DNA from: Cyanophora paradoxa CCMP329
Lineage: Eukaryota > Plantae > Glaucophyta
Direction: 5' to 3'
Length of the DNA stretch: 35,530 nucleotides
Assembly: GCA_004431415.1 (NCBI GenBank)
Contig: QPMI01000094.1
Span: 1-35,530 of the forward strand
Made by a program: the position numbers and the translations under genes. Each line of letters begins with the position of its first letter. Position 1 is the first letter of the stretch. The notes beneath the pieces are model-generated. The model saw only the letters and a program-made list of their open reading frames with translations. It searched no databases and was not told the DNA's origin. Below are positions 35,189-35,530 of the stretch, piece by piece.

Positions 35189-35530
35189 TCAAACGTTAGC
35201 GTGTGCATCGCAGGGGCTGAAAGTGAGTCGGGCGACCGGAATGTACTGGATGCCAGCGAGGCAAAGGTTCGTGTATGTACTTGATCGGGCCGCCGAGCAC
35301 GAATAACGGACGCACCTGCTTCGCAGCGTGAACCTGCGGATGACCGTGATGGGAACGCACGATTCTACACTACCTGCAGCATTTGCGTTGCACATGGTGC
35401 CAGGCCAATCGCGGGCCACGATACGTGACGTATATCTACGACGAACTGATTATACGCCGGTTCACAGAGTGACATAGCCGTGCTGATTGATCGACCTCTA
35501 TCCGAGTCCATGCGGGTGTACGTTGATAAA
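35189..35530 (-). CDS. Possible 3' end of a spliced minus-strand gene continuing beyond the window
   Basis: Minus-strand frame is open from the window edge. Two phase-0 GT-AG introns lead to ...YIPVARLTFSPCDAHANV*. No family recognised. Confidence 0.25.

Noticed and set aside
13900-35530. Transposase, Rep/helicase, Fanzor/TnpB, reverse transcriptase or viral capsid gene
   Set aside because: No catalytic motifs of these families were recognised by eye in any reconstructed exon, so the element class remains unassigned.

Overview
Eukaryotic genomic DNA with many short (~50-90 nt) spliceosomal introns. The style recalls a very GC-rich protist or alga such as the glaucophyte Cyanophora, but that assignment is inference only. 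Most long ORFs in the supplied track are GC-rich shadow frames, and the gene models below were spliced by hand. The left part (1-~12,100) is very GC-rich host-type sequence. It holds a recent head-to-head inverted pair of secreted/membrane-protein paralogs (one only partly in the window) flanking an F-box/LRR gene. The complete paralog is an ~8.3 kb gene with >30 introns, encoding a Cys-rich GCC2/GCC3-repeat surface protein with three TM helices and several GC-AG introns. A junction zone (12,100-13,900) has a 523-bp hAT-like non-autonomous element with an 8-bp TSD and two tandem 55-bp covarying hairpins resembling Helitron-like termini. From ~13,900 to the end is a compositionally distinct, lower-GC block of spliced genes: a TPR-like gene, a possible PWWP-like gene, a very large Ulp1/SENP (peptidase C48) gene with a tandem exon-intron array and a SIM-like motif, and a gene for a non-conjugatable SUMO-like domain. 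Two GC-rich satellites and tRNA-like elements are interspersed. The best hypothesis is the left arm of a giant mobile element carrying SUMO-pathway cargo. No transposase or Rep/helicase is recognisable in the window.
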